A stretch of 64,000 nucleotides of DNA from Schmidtea polychroa (GCA_044892525.1 CM097886.1:93062001-93126000); one strand, 5' to 3'. Positions 37,941-53,734 are shown, counted from the stretch's first letter. Notes: generated by a model from the sequence alone, not told the origin. Numbers and translations: made by a program.

Positions 37941-40900
37941 TTAGTCTGGTTTTCTCTTTACCTTGGCATTCAATGTTAACGACTCAGATCTTTTCATTAC
38001 TACCCGGATGAAAAGACCCACATTTTCGCCTACTTCTCAGTTTTCTTTTCACCATTTTTGTCTGGAACGTCGGTACGAGTTCTTTCTTCCATCTTTCTCA
38101 AATACGGTTCACAATTTCTAAAATTATTTTCCATCTTCGGTCATCTATACCTTCATTAGGTGTGATATCTTCTGTTCGCTCTAGTCCAGGCCAATTTTAT
38201 AGAATAAAGTCATTTGGAGTTCGTCCAGTGTCATTTCAAAGTCGCTGCACTGGCAAAGGACGAGAATTCACCCTTCAACTTTTAATAACACCGTATTCAG
38301 GTACTCATCCGTAATATCAGCCCCTCCAATATTTATTTTCATAGACGAGCTCTGACTATAAACTCTAAATCAACTTAGCGTTCAAGAAAGGGCGATTACA
38401 TATTAGGCCTTTAAGTTAATTAAATAGATTTCTGAAATAAAAGTGCAAATATTGTGATGATTTGTCAATTAAATTGAGCATCTGGATTGATGATGAAATG
38501 TGCATAGATGAATAGAAAATACCTCGATTGAGTTATAACAGAAAGCAAGATAGACCTAGTACAGCTTTTGAGATTCAGGAGTTAATGTAATGGCAGCAAT
38601 AGTAGATAACTTAGTAAATATGAAAATTATTAAAATGTTAAGATAGGAAATTGGAGACAATTGTCTACTACTAACACTACATTATAACCCACCCAATGTG
38701 CGAATCCACTACAACCAATACTGAAATATAATACTAGGACTAACGACACCTTCTACTATTACTTAAAAAATTATTATAACTAGTTTTCGTATGTTTTTAG
38801 AATAAACGGTTTAACTTGTAACGCGCTATTCAAATAGATAATTTTCTTTAGACACCTTTTTTGTTATAAATATCAGTTTGTTCGAAATGTTTTTGTGTTT
38901 TCCTTATGTACTTTGCGTCGCATGTTGCGCACATGATTCGATATACAATTTTTTGAGAAGGAAAAACATTTGGTAGATTAGTAGCATTGACAATCTCGAT
39001 GAAATAGATCTGATGTTAGAGATTTCCGAAGTTGTGATTTCAAAGGTGAATTTTCTGGATCACAGACAAATACATACAATTGACAAAACTCAATTATATA
39101 ATGGTAAATTAATTAAAAATATTATTGAAATGTTGTTGGATTTTAAAAATTTGAATTGACAAAACAGATTTTTATGATTTTTAGCAAAATTATATTTTAA
39201 AAAGTAAATGAATTAGTTTGTTTAAAAAAGAGCAATTTAGATTGATTTAGCTTGAATTTCAATCCTACCTAACGGTGACAGTGAACCTGTCGAAAAATTC
39301 GACTATCAATAACAATTTGTAACTCCAAAGTTTACTATAATTTTTATTTGTTTCTTTAAAAAATATTTATTTAATATTTCGCCTAAATTTAAAATACTTT
39401 CAATAATTGGTTTTTTAATTAATTAACGCCTCTTGGAGAAAATTTTTAAGTTTTCGTTTTAATAATTTTATTGGAATGCGTAGGAAATAAGTTAAATAGT
39501 TATTATTCCAGTATCTTTAACATTTTTCGTTATATTTTTGTAATCTTTATTAATTTTTAAAAATATTTATTTTTTGATTTGCACTTTATCAATTTAAAAA
39601 AAATTAATTAACATAATTTTTACTGAATTCTTTAACATTGAATATTTTCATAATTATTGGGTTTTACCTAAACACTTTTGCTTTATATTGTTAGATGACA
39701 GGGGTCAATAAATCAACGAGTTCGAGTTAACCAAATATTACAGGAACTTCCCGAACAAAAATTAGAGGAACATCTACACGGAGGTCACACAACTTCTATA
39801 ATTAGTAATTCGCATTCTCAGAAGTCTTCACTTCGTTGCAGTGCGAAATCAATGGACAATTTATTTTGATATACTCTGATATTGAAAATCTATCCATAAT
39901 TGATTTTACATTGATATTAAATGTGTAATGGACAATTCATTTATTTGTAAATATTTCCTGAACGATTTATTGAGTGACATTGATTGGGGTGTAATTTATT
40001 TATTATTTAGTGTTGTAGAATTTTATTCATTGGTGTCTATTATGTTGTTATTTTAATTTCGTGCTACGTAAAATATTAATTACACAAACTTGGGAAAAAT
40101 GATAAAAACTAATTAAAATATTTGGAAATAAATTAAATTAAAATTTGAAATATTGAGAATCTAAAAAGATCAATTATGCAATCAAATTTGAAACACTTAA
40201 AAATTAATAAGAAATATCTGTATAATTAAATATCACATTTGAATAGGAAAAACGCCTTATAAAGCAATCATGAAAAATAATAGAATTATTATAATTAGAA
40301 AGCAGCTGTACAATATAAATTGTGATAGCACTAGAAATATAATAAAGTAATCAGGAACAATATAAAAATTATTTTATAAAAAAACAGCTGTCCTAATTTT
40401 TAGATAAATAGCAGCGCAAAATCAGAATTTTTCGCCCAAAAAGCTAACAACTCTTTTAATATCTAAGAAGGTGAATCCTCGTTAGATTAAAAAATAAGAA
40501 GGATACAACAAAAAAGTCTAACTACTGCACGCAACACAGCAAGGATAATATAACATTCACACATACATAATTTGCCTACACAATTCTATTGCAGTTACTG
40601 GAAATTTTGAATCGAATAGCAAGAAATTGATTTAAGTTTTTGGCAAATCTTTTATTGTAAATATATATTTGAAAACAACCGTCTTTTGCTTATTTCATAC
40701 TCAGTAGATATATAGGAACCAGTAAAGTTGAGAAAGCAGATAACGAGTTCTCTACAATACCATTTAAATTTACTTACACTCAATTTGTGATGCGGCGTAC
40801 ATTGTTTTACTCAATATGTTATTGTTGTGTTGGATGATGAGGGTCTACCTATCACCATATTCATATTAAATAAATATTACAGAATAGGGCTTAGAAGTTA

Positions 40901-42827
40901 TAGAATTAACGTGTTTTCCAAAGAAAGACAATAAACTATAGTCCAAATATATATCCAAATCAAACACAATCAAACAATATATTCAATTCAAATGCAATCC
41001 ATTTTATCCTGTATATAATTGATAAAAATTACTTTAACATTCGGTGATTTGGTTATTTTATGTGACTATATTGAATTTAAACTGTTTCATCCAAGGTGAC
41101 TATTAATTATTTATCAAAATTGATTCATCCTGTGTATATATTTATTTGACTCTATATTATTTCATTAATTGCGTATTTAAACTAAATGTCTTGGGTATTT
41201 TATTTGTTGTATAATTGTTCTGGTATGTTAATAACAATAACATTTAACACAAAGGAAAATTATAAAAATTACTATGAAACTTATTATATTAATTAAAAAT
41301 AATATTAATCTATATTAGAAATTTCTTGAAATAAATATCAAGAAATATTATACTACAAAAAATATAATAATAATATTTAATGTAAATGAAAGATAATGAG
41401 AAAATTGTAATTATTCGACGGGAAATTATATTTGAGTAGGTTGTCAAAATAAATAAATTGCCCAAGCCAATTAAGTCGACAAGGGGAAGCCCTGAGTGAG
41501 AATATCAAAATTAATTTAATGACGAAAGGATGATTATGAGATGGGTATAAAAGGTGCTATTTCGGCCTGTTTTGGGCTTGCGCCTATGTGTGCGTTTATT
41601 GTTAAAAGTTCTTTTTCTTGTATGTGTGCGCACACAGGCGCGAACAGGAGTTTTATTATTTTGGAATTCGAATTTTAGGAATTGTTATATAATTGTTTTT
41701 GTGGTTTGAATTTTTGAATCAAAAATGTCAATTGATGTTTATTTAAAACTTAATATTGAAGATGAAAAAGATCGAATGCTGAAAAGAAAGTACATCACTG
41801 AGTTAATGGAACAAGATGAGAGCAAGTTGTATAATTCTAATGGTTCTGAAGAAACAGATAATGTTTTTAGTGGATAAGAATATCAATCACTACTTAAAGA
41901 ATGTGGTTTGTCACTAGCTCTTGATAATGACATCGGTGATGTTGAGGAATTTGATTCTACTCCATTTGTCAAGTACAAAGCTTTGACTAGTAAATCGACA
42001 GACATTATTGATGAGTTCTTTGAAAAATCTATTGATGAAAGATTCGAATAATCATTCTTTTAATTAGTAGTTCAATGTTTCTGATTTTAAAGTTGTAGCT
42101 GAATCAAATCTTTTCATTTATCAAATCATTGCAAATATCGAAGAGATTTTATTCACTCTTCAAGCAAACAACACGGAAAACAAAACGTTATCATCTGATG
42201 ATAAAATGACATCATTTTACAACTCAAACATCCAGTATTATAATTGAACCGGGGACCATCTGCAATGATATGTTGCAATTTTATCAAAAAGAAAAGGGTC
42301 TAATGAATATTTAAGTATTTGACGCTGGTATTTAAAAAAATAGTCAAACTCGAGAGCGTATTTTGTTGGCTTATTCCGTTGGAGTCTTACAAGTGATAGT
42401 TGATGTAAGGAAAACTATAATTTATTTTAAAAGAACTAGAAAACAATTCTAAATTAATTACCACAAAACATCTGTATCAACCAGTCAGATGGAAGAATAA
42501 TTTATCCACCTGTCTGGCTGTCTAATTTATGTCTTTGTGCCTGTGTGCACGTTTATTGTTAAGATATTTTATTCTTGTATGTGTGCGCACATAGGTGCGG
42601 AGAGGGTTATTTTTATTCTTTTGGAATTAAAATCTCGGAATTAGTTATTCCTAAGCATCGGTGTGCGCGTGATTGTGGAGTTTTTATGAAGGCTCACCTA
42701 ATAATTCAGCTCCACATAATAAAGATAATGTGATTGGTATCAAAACTACTATAAATTCCTCTCGCGTTTGTATATAATTTAGTTAGTTTTAAATTGCAAT
42801 TAATATTTCTTACAGTCGAATTCATTA

Positions 42828-43301
42828 ATGTCAGGTGAAAAGAATTTTTAATATGTTTCTGATTTTAAAGTTGTAGCCGAATCAGATTTTTTCAGTTATA
42901 AAATTATTCCAAATATTGAAGAGATTTTATTCACCCTTCAAATAAACAACACGGAAAACAAAATGTTATCATCTGATGATAACATGACATCATTTTACAA
43001 CTCAAACATCCAGTTTTATAATTGTATAAAAGAAAAGAGAATCATCACCACAGATATATTATGTGCTATGCAGTTAGAGACTGGTGACGAGGAGAAAATT
43101 CGATTGGGTCATGTTGTGAAATTATATTTGAATATGGCTCGATGTAATTTGAAATTAAACCGGGGACCATCTGCATTCAAATGTTGCAATACGATGCTTG
43201 ATAAGCAGCCAGTGAATGCAAAATCTATTTATCGAAAATCAAATGGTCTGATGATTATTGGAGAATTTGAAGCTGGTATTAAAAAATTGTCAAACTCGTG
43301 A
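42828..43301 (+). CDS. TPR-domain FKBP-like protein, unit 6
   Basis: Same translation as unit 1 (ORF 42963-43301). Confidence 0.55.
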
Positions 43302-44284
43302 ACATGCTTAGTTGGCTAATACAGTTGGAGTCAAGCATATGATAGTTGACATAAATAAATCCATGATTCTTACTTTAATTAGATTTGATTTGTTCAACAT
43401 CGATAAAATGTATTCCAACTTTATTGAAGCCAGTCGTTAAAAATTTAGAATTAATAAAAAATTATTGTAGTTTTTTATAATAAATTTAAAAAATCTATCA
43501 ATTGACATGATTTAGCACAAAATTCATCATCATTATTTAAAAGTAGAAACACATAATATATTTAAATTTATTTATCAACTTATTGTTTTTTTTAAAATGA
43601 AGTTTGTTTAAATATTCAATTCTCTGTCGATGTTGAACTTAAATTTGTTGTCAGATCCTTTGAATTAAAAAATTCTAATCCTGTAAAAAATGAGCGAAAT
43701 TTAGAGTTAGAATTTAAATTTAGATGGTCTCAATGAAAGATTAGATGAATCATCTGAAGATTAACCAGCCGTACAAGACTCAGAAAATTTTTTTTCCAAC
43801 ACCTAAAAAATTTAGCCTTCAAAATTCGAGAATCAAAAATCGAAATAAACGAAATGTAAATTTACAATTAAGGATAATAACGAAATCAAACTGGAGGATG
43901 CATATGAAGATAAAGGTGCGAAACTAGTGCGACCTGATAAATAGAAAACCGAATACGACTGTTTTAGAGTCATTATAGAAATGCCAGATGAGTAAAAAAG
44001 ACGTATTAAACGTTTTATCGAATAAGAGATATCCATTTGGCGTGAAGGAAGATGATTGTTATTGTTATTCACCGGAATTAATTGTAATGAACATATTGCT
44101 ATGTGAATGTTCAATGGCAGAATCAACAGCTTGGCTATCGCTTAAATCAGAACTTACGTATATAACCATGTAATTAATTAGTTCATTATAATTTATTATA
44201 TAATTAATCAAATAAATTGGATTATTTTTTAATCATTTATAATTAAATTAATTAGTCAATAAAAATAATTCCAGTGATAAAATA

Positions 44285-44611
44285 ATGAGAATTTCTGACA
44301 GTCAAAATAGCGAGAAATCCATTGATGCTATTTCTATGCTGTATCACATTTTATATCCGATTTTGAGAATGAGGAAAAATATGAAAATAGTGGAACTACT
44401 GGAACCGGATATCAAGGACGATTTTGATCGATCTAAGAATATTACAAAATCTTTGAAAAACAATATCAAAAAGGAAAGGAAATCGAATCAAAGGATAATG
44501 AAGTTGAATGTCAAGGAGGCATTTGTGATAGAAGTGGAAGAAGATAGGAAATTTTCGAAATTCAGAAATGAGAAAACAAAGGAAATATTGAATTCTTTCA
44601 GGCAGAAATAA
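44285..44611 (+). pseudogene. NOP14: NOP14-like C-terminal fragment, unit 6 (I>F variant)
   Basis: Copy of 4800-5126, ending NSFRQK. Confidence 0.55.
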
Positions 44612-45307
44612 ATATTTGTTTTTTCCTTCTTGGCAATTTATTATTTGTGTTGAGAATTTTTATTTAAACATATAAACTACTAATATTTTAATAAGTAGCC
44701 AAGTCAGGTGTTTTTTATTTGGCTTTTATTTTGGGGGCAGCAAGTGTATTTTGTGTTTCAATAAATTGCTAACGTAGAATTATATTATCCTGCCACTTCC
44801 AGAATGCATGGATAACGCGAGCTTGGTAAATTGTTTTGTTGTTTTAATATTTAGGATCGAAAATGGGATGTAATTGCCCGATTTAGATCAAATTCCCAGT
44901 TAGCCGATGGGAATTAGAAACGGATCAAGTAGAGGTTAGCAAAATGAAATAAACGAGCTTTGAGAATAACTTCTAAATCAACTTAGGGTTCCAGACGTGG
45001 AGGTTTCATATTAGGCCTTAATGTTAATTAAATGGATTTCGGAAATAAAAGTGCAAATATTGTGATGATTTGTAAATTGAATTGAGTATCAGGATTGATG
45101 ATGAAATGTGCATGAACGGGGAGGTGCTTTGTTTGTGATGAGCTGCAGATTTGTGATTTGGACGCCTTATATTCGATAAGCATCAATAGTGGTGCTTGTT
45201 TATATGCCGTTGGACTAAGATTTTCTAAGAACTAAAAGATTACATATTAAGCCTTTATGTTAATTAAATGGATTTCTGAAATAAATAAAGCTAAACTATT
45301 TTGAAAA

Positions 45308-45837
45308 ATGTCCGGTGATGTCGTAGCTCAGTTCAAACTGGTATTAATTGGTGAGGGGAAACAGGCAAAACTGCTTTTTTAAAAAATACGTTACAGGAGA
45401 GTTTGGTAAGAAATATGGCGCAACATTGGGAGTGGAATTTCATTCTTTGGAGTTCAATAGAACTCGTGGTAAAATTCGTTTCAATGCCTGGGATACGGCC
45501 GGCTAAGAAAAGTTCTTAGAGATTTCTACTATATTCAATGTTAATGTGCTATAATAATGTTTGATGTAACTAGTCGTATTACATATAAAAATGATCAAAC
45601 TGGCACCGAGATTTAGTTAGGGTATGTGAAAACATCCCTATTATCTTTGTAGGGAATAAGGTGGATATTAAAGATAGACTAAAACAATTACCTTTCTGAG
45701 TAATAAGAATTTACAATATTAAGAATCACATGCTAAGTCTAATTATAAATTGGAAAAACAATTTTTGTGGATTGGTTGGGGATTCAAATCTCGAATTTTC
45801 TGAAATGCTTACAATAGCTCCTCTTCATAATTCATAA
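45308..45837 (+). pseudogene. RAN: Ran pseudogene, unit 6
   Basis: Copy of 5823-6352. Confidence 0.95.
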
Positions 45838-48800
45838 TTAGTCTGGTTTTCTCTTTACCTTGGCATTCAATGTTAACGACTCAGATCTTTTCATTACTAC
45901 CCGGATGAAAAGACCCACATTTTCGCCTACTTCTCAGTTTTCTTTTCACCATTTTTGTCTGGAACGTCGGTACGAGTTCTTTCTTCCATCTTTCTCAAAT
46001 ACGGTTCACAATTTCTAAAATTATTTTCCATCTTCGGTCATCTATACCTTCATTAGGTGTGATATCTTCTGTTCGCTCTAGTCCAGGCCAATTTTATAGA
46101 ATAAAGTCATTTGGAGTTCGTCCAGTGTCATTTCAAAGTCGCTGCACTGGCAAAGGACGAGAATTCACCCTTCAACTTTTAATAACACCGTATTCAGGTA
46201 CTCATCCGTAATATCAGCCCCTCCAATATTTATTTTCATAGACGAGCTCTGACTATAAACTCTAAATCAACTTAGCGTTCAAGAAAGGGCGATTACATAT
46301 TAGGCCTTTAAGTTAATTAAATAGATTTCTGAAATAAAAGTGCAAATATTGTGATGATTTGTCAATTAAATTGAGCATCTGGATTGATGATGAAATGTGC
46401 ATAGATGAATAGAAAATACCTCGATTGAGTTATAACAGAAAGCAAGATAGACCTAGTACAGCTTTTGAGATTCAGGAGTTAATGTAATGGCAGCAATAGT
46501 AGATAACTTAGTAAATATGAAAATTATTAAAATGTTAAGATAGGAAATTGGAGACAATTGTCTACTACTAACACTACATTATAACCCACCCAATGTGCGA
46601 ATCCACTACAACCAATACTGAAATATAATACTAGGACTAACGACACCTTCTACTATTACTTAAAAAATTATTATAACTAGTTTTCGTATGTTTTTAGAAT
46701 AAACGGTTTAACTTGTAACGCGCTATTCAAATAGATAATTTTCTTTAGACACCTTTTTTGTTATAAATATCAGTTTGTTCGAAATGTTTTTGTGTTTTCC
46801 TTATGTACTTTGCGTCGCATGTTGCGCACATGATTCGATATACAATTTTTTGAGAAGGAAAAACATTTGGTAGATTAGTAGCATTGACAATCTCGATGAA
46901 ATAGATCTGATGTTAGAGATTTCCGAAGTTGTGATTTCAAAGGTGAATTTTCTGGATCACAGACAAATACATACAATTGACAAAACTCAATTATATAATG
47001 GTAAATTAATTAAAAATATTATTGAAATGTTGTTGGATTTTAAAAATTTGAATTGACAAAACAGATTTTTATGATTTTTAGCAAAATTATATTTTAAAAA
47101 GTAAATGAATTAGTTTGTTTAAAAAAGAGCAATTTAGATTGATTTAGCTTGAATTTCAATCCTACCTAACGGTGACAGTGAACCTGTCGAAAAATTCGAC
47201 TATCAATAACAATTTGTAACTCCAAAGTTTACTATAATTTTTATTTGTTTCTTTAAAAAATATTTATTTAATATTTCGCCTAAATTTAAAATACTTTCAA
47301 TAATTGGTTTTTTAATTAATTAACGCCTCTTGGAGAAAATTTTTAAGTTTTCGTTTTAATAATTTTATTGGAATGCGTAGGAAATAAGTTAAATAGTTAT
47401 TATTCCAGTATCTTTAACATTTTTCGTTATATTTTTGTAATCTTTATTAATTTTTAAAAATATTTATTTTTTGATTTGCACTTTATCAATTTAAAAAAAA
47501 TTAATTAACATAATTTTTACTGAATTCTTTAACATTGAATATTTTCATAATTATTGGGTTTTACCTAAACACTTTTGCTTTATATTGTTAGATGACAGGG
47601 GTCAATAAATCAACGAGTTCGAGTTAACCAAATATTACAGGAACTTCCCGAACAAAAATTAGAGGAACATCTACACGGAGGTCACACAACTTCTATAATT
47701 AGTAATTCGCATTCTCAGAAGTCTTCACTTCGTTGCAGTGCGAAATCAATGGACAATTTATTTTGATATACTCTGATATTGAAAATCTATCCATAATTGA
47801 TTTTACATTGATATTAAATGTGTAATGGACAATTCATTTATTTGTAAATATTTCCTGAACGATTTATTGAGTGACATTGATTGGGGTGTAATTTATTTAT
47901 TATTTAGTGTTGTAGAATTTTATTCATTGGTGTCTATTATGTTGTTATTTTAATTTCGTGCTACGTAAAATATTAATTACACAAACTTGGGAAAAATGAT
48001 AAAAACTAATTAAAATATTTGGAAATAAATTAAATTAAAATTTGAAATATTGAGAATCTAAAAAGATCAATTATGCAATCAAATTTGAAACACTTAAAAA
48101 TTAATAAGAAATATCTGTATAATTAAATATCACATTTGAATAGGAAAAACGCCTTATAAAGCAATCATGAAAAATAATAGAATTATTATAATTAGAAAGC
48201 AGCTGTACAATATAAATTGTGATAGCACTAGAAATATAATAAAGTAATCAGGAACAATATAAAAATTATTTTATAAAAAAACAGCTGTCCTAATTTTTAG
48301 ATAAATAGCAGCGCAAAATCAGAATTTTTCGCCCAAAAAGCTAACAACTCTTTTAATATCTAAGAAGGTGAATCCTCGTTAGATTAAAAAATAAGAAGGA
48401 TACAACAAAAAAGTCTAACTACTGCACGCAACACAGCAAGGATAATATAACATTCACACATACATAATTTGCCTACACAATTCTATTGCAGTTACTGGAA
48501 ATTTTGAATCGAATAGCAAGAAATTGATTTAAGTTTTTGGCAAATCTTTTATTGTAAATATATATTTGAAAACAACCGTCTTTTGCTTATTTCATACTCA
48601 GTAGATATATAGGAACCAGTAAAGTTGAGAAAGCAGATAACGAGTTCTCTACAATACCATTTAAATTTACTTACACTCAATTTGTGATGCGGCGTACATT
48701 GTTTTACTCAATATGTTATTGTTGTGTTGGATGATGAGGGTCTACCTATCACCATATTCATATTAAATAAATATTACAGAATAGGGCTTAGAAGTTATAG

Positions 48801-50724
48801 AATTAACGTGTTTTCCAAAGAAAGACAATAAACTATAGTCCAAATATATATCCAAATCAAACACAATCAAACAATATATTCAATTCAAATGCAATCCATT
48901 TTATCCTGTATATAATTGATAAAAATTACTTTAACATTCGGTGATTTGGTTATTTTATGTGACTATATTGAATTTAAACTGTTTCATCCAAGGTGACTAT
49001 TAATTATTTATCAAAATTGATTCATCCTGTGTATATATTTATTTGACTCTATATTATTTCATTAATTGCGTATTTAAACTAAATGTCTTGGGTATTTTAT
49101 TTGTTGTATAATTGTTCTGGTATGTTAATAACAATAACATTTAACACAAAGGAAAATTATAAAAATTACTATGAAACTTATTATATTAATTAAAAATAAT
49201 ATTAATCTATATTAGAAATTTCTTGAAATAAATATCAAGAAATATTATACTACAAAAAATATAATAATAATATTTAATGTAAATGAAAGATAATGAGAAA
49301 ATTGTAATTATTCGACGGGAAATTATATTTGAGTAGGTTGTCAAAATAAATAAATTGCCCAAGCCAATTAAGTCGACAAGGGGAAGCCCTGAGTGAGAAT
49401 ATCAAAATTAATTTAATGACGAAAGGATGATTATGAGATGGGTATAAAAGGTGCTATTTCGGCCTGTTTTGGGCTTGCGCCTATGTGTGCGTTTATTGTT
49501 AAAAGTTCTTTTTCTTGTATGTGTGCGCACACAGGCGCGAACAGGAGTTTTATTATTTTGGAATTCGAATTTTAGGAATTGTTATATAATTGTTTTTGTG
49601 GTTTGAATTTTTGAATCAAAAATGTCAATTGATGTTTATTTAAAACTTAATATTGAAGATGAAAAAGATCGAATGCTGAAAAGAAAGTACATCACTGAGT
49701 TAATGGAACAAGATGAGAGCAAGTTGTATAATTCTAATGGTTCTGAAGAAACAGATAATGTTTTTAGTGGATAAGAATATCATTCACTACTTAAAGAATG
49801 TGGTTTGTCACTAGCTCTTGATAATGACATCGGTGATGTTGAGGAATTTGATTCTACTCCATTTGTCAAGTACAAAGCTTTGACTAGTAAATCGACAGAC
49901 ATTATTGATGAGTTCTTTGAAAAATCTATTGATGAAAGATTCGAATAATCATTCTTTTAATTAGTAGTTCAATGTTTCTGATTTTAAAGTTGTAGCTGAA
50001 TCAAATCTTTTCATTTATCAAATCATTGCAAATATCGAAGAGATTTTATTCACTCTTCAAGCAAACAACACGGAAAACAAAACGTTATCATCTGATGATA
50101 AAATGACATCATTTTACAACTCAAACATCCAGTATTATAATTGAACCGGGGACCATCTGCAATGATATGTTGCAATTTTATCAAAAAGAAAAGGGTCTAA
50201 TGAATATTTAAGTATTTGACGCTGGTATTTAAAAAAATAGTCAAACTCGAGAGCGTATTTTGTTGGCTTATTCCGTTGGAGTCTTACAAGTGATAGTTGA
50301 TGTAAGGAAAACTATAATTTATTTTAAAAGAACTAGAAAACAATTCTAAATTAATTACCACAAAACATCTGTATCAACCAGTCAGATGGAAGAATAATTT
50401 ATCCACCTGTCTGGCTGTCTAATTTATGTCTTTGTGCCTGTGTGCACGTTTATTGTTAAGATATTTTATTCTTGTATGTGTGCGCACATAGGTGCGGAGA
50501 GGGTTATTTTTATTCTTTTGGAATTAAAATTTCGGAATTAGTTATGCCTAAGCATCGGTGTGCGCGTGATTGTGGAGTTTTTATGAAGGCTCACCTAATA
50601 ATTCAGCTCCACATAATAAAGATAATGTGATTGGTATCAAAACTACTATAAATTCCTCTCGCGTTTGTATATAATTTAGTTAGTTTTAAATTGCAATTAA
50701 TATTTCTTACAGTCGAATTCATTA

Positions 50725-51198
50725 ATGTCAGGTGAAAAGAATTTTTAAGATGTTTCTGATTTTAAAGTTGTAGCCGAATCAGATTTTTTCAGTTATAAAA
50801 TTATTCCAAATATTGAAGAGATTTTATTCACCCTTCAAATAAACAACACGGAAAACAAAATGTTATCATCTGATGATAACATGACATCATTTTACAACTC
50901 AAACATCCAGTTTTATAATTGTATAAAAGAAAAGAGAATCATCACCACAGATATATTATGTGCTATGCAGTTAGAGACTGGTGACGAGGAGAAAATTCGA
51001 TTGGGTCATGTTGTGAAATTATATTTGAATATGGCTCGATGTAATTTGAAATTAAACCGGGGACCATCTGCATTCAAATGTTGCAATACGATGCTTGATA
51101 AGCAGCCAGTGAATGCAAAATCTATTTATCGAAAATCAAATGGTCTGATGATTATTGGAGAATTTGAAGCTGGTATTAAAAAATTGTCAAACTCGTGA
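50725..51198 (+). CDS. TPR-domain FKBP-like protein, unit 7
   Basis: Same translation as unit 1 (ORF 50860-51198). Confidence 0.55.
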
Positions 51199-52181
51199 AC
51201 ATGCTTAGTTGGCTAATACAGTTGGAGTCAAGCATATGATAGTTGACATAAATAAATCCATGATTCTTACTTTAATTAGATTTGATTTGTTCAACATCGA
51301 TAAAATGTATTCCAACTTTATTGAAGCCAGTCGTTAAAAATTTAGAATTAATAAAAAATTATTGTAGTTTTTTATAATAAATTTAAAAAATCTATCAATT
51401 GACATGATTTAGCACAAAATTCATCATCATTATTTAAAAGTAGAAACACATAATATATTTAAATTTATTTATCAACTTATTGTTTTTTTTAAAATGAAGT
51501 TTGTTTAAATATTCAATTCTCTGTCGATGTTGAACTTAAATTTGTTGTCAGATCCTTTGAATTAAAAAATTCTAATCCTGTAAAAAATGAGCGAAATTTA
51601 GAGTTAGAATTTAAATTTAGATGGTCTCAATGAAAGATTAGATGAATCATCTGAAGATTAACCAGCCGTACAAGACTCAGAAAATTTTTTTTCCAACACC
51701 TAAAAAATTTAGCCTTCAAAATTCGAGAATCAAAAATCGAAATAAACGAAATGTAAATTTACAATTAAGGATAATAACGAAATCAAACTGGAGGATGCAT
51801 ATGAAGATAAAGGTGCGAAACTAGTGCGACCTGATAAATAGAAAACCGAATACGACTGTTTTAGAGTCATTATAGAAATGCCAGATGAGTAAAAAAGACG
51901 TATTAAACGTTTTATCGAATAAGAGATATCCATTTGGCGTGAAGGAAGATGATTGTTATTGTTATTCACCGGAATTAATTGTAATGAACATATTGCTATG
52001 TGAATGTTCAATGGCAGAATCAACAGCTTGGCTATCGCTTAAATCAGAACTTACGTATATAACCATGTAATTAATTAGTTCATTATAATTTATTATATAA
52101 TTAATCAAATAAATTGGATTATTTTTTAATCATTTATAATTAAATTAATTAGTCAATAAAAATAATTCCAGTGATAAAATA

Positions 52182-52508
52182 ATGAGAATTTCTGACAGTC
52201 AAAATAGCGAGAAATCCATTGATGCTATTTCTATGCTGTATCACATTTTATATCCGATTTTGAGAATGAGGAAAAATATGAAAATAGTGGAACTACTGGA
52301 ACCGGATATCAAGGACGATTTTGATCGATCTAAGAATATTACAAAATCTTTGAAAAACAATATCAAAAAGGAAAGGAAATCGAATCAAAGGATAATGAAG
52401 TTGAATGTCAAGGAGGCATTTGTGATAGAAGTGGAAGAAGATAGGAAATTTTCGAAATTCAGAAATGAGAAAACAAAGGAAATATTGAATTCTTTCAGGC
52501 AGAAATAA
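52182..52508 (+). pseudogene. NOP14: NOP14-like C-terminal fragment, unit 7 (I>F variant)
   Basis: Copy of 4800-5126, ending NSFRQK. Confidence 0.55.
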
Positions 52509-53204
52509 ATATTTGTTTTTTCCTTCTTGGCAATTTATTATTTGTGTTGAGAATTTTTATTTAAACATATAAACTACTAATATTTTAATAAGTAGCCAAG
52601 TCAGGTGTTTTTTATTTGGCTTTTATTTTGGGGGCAGCAAGTGTATTTTGTGTTTCAATAAATTGCTAACGTAGAATTATATTATCCTGCCACTTCCAGA
52701 ATGCATGGATAACGCGAGCTTGGTAAATTGTTTTGTTGTTTTAATATTTAGGATCGAAAATGGGATGTAATTGCCCGATTTAGATCAAATTCCCAGTTAG
52801 CCGATGGGAATTAGAAACGGATCAAGTAGAGGTTAGCAAAATGAAATAAACGAGCTTTGAGAATAACTTCTAAATCAACTTAGGGTTCCAGACGTGGAGG
52901 TTTCATATTAGGCCTTAATGTTAATTAAATGGATTTCGGAAATAAAAGTGCAAATATTGTGATGATTTGTAAATTGAATTGAGTATCAGGATTGATGATG
53001 AAATGTGCATGAACGGGGAGGTGCTTTGTTTGTGATGAGCTGCAGATTTGTGATTTGGACGCCTTATATTCGATAAGCATCAATAGTGGTGCTTGTTTAT
53101 ATGCCGTTGGACTAAGATTTTCTAAGAACTAAAAGATTACATATTAAGCCTTTATGTTAATTAAATGGATTTCTGAAATAAATAAAGCTAAACTATTTTG
53201 AAAA

Positions 53205-53734
53205 ATGTCCGGTGATGTCGTAGCTCAGTTCAAACTGGTATTAATTGGTGAGGGGAAACAGGCAAAACTGCTTTTTTAAAAAATACGTTACAGGAGAGTT
53301 TGGTAAGAAATATGGCGCAACATTGGGAGTGGAATTTCATTCTTTGGAGTTCAATAGAACTCGTGGTAAAATTCGTTTCAATGCCTGGGATACGGCCGGC
53401 TAAGAAAAGTTCTTAGAGATTTCTACTATATTCAATGTTAATGTGCTATAATAATGTTTGATGTAACTAGTCGTATTACATATAAAAATGATCAAACTGG
53501 CACCGAGATTTAGTTAGGGTATGTGAAAACATCCCTATTATCTTTGTAGGGAATAAGGTGGATATTAAAGATAGACTAAAACAATTACCTTTCTGAGTAA
53601 TAAGAATTTACAATATTAAGAATCACATGCTAAGTCTAATTATAAATTGGAAAAACAATTTTTGTGGATTGGTTGGGGATTCAAATCTCGAATTTTCTGA
53701 AATGCTTACAATAGCTCCTCTTCATAATTCATAA
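53205..53734 (+). pseudogene. RAN: Ran pseudogene, unit 7
   Basis: Copy of 5823-6352. Confidence 0.95.

Larger units (their letters stand above)
31589..39485 (+). repeat. Repeat unit 5
   Basis: Period 7,897; private variant A37315. Confidence 0.97.
39486..47382 (+). repeat. Repeat unit 6
   Basis: Period 7,897. Confidence 0.97.
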
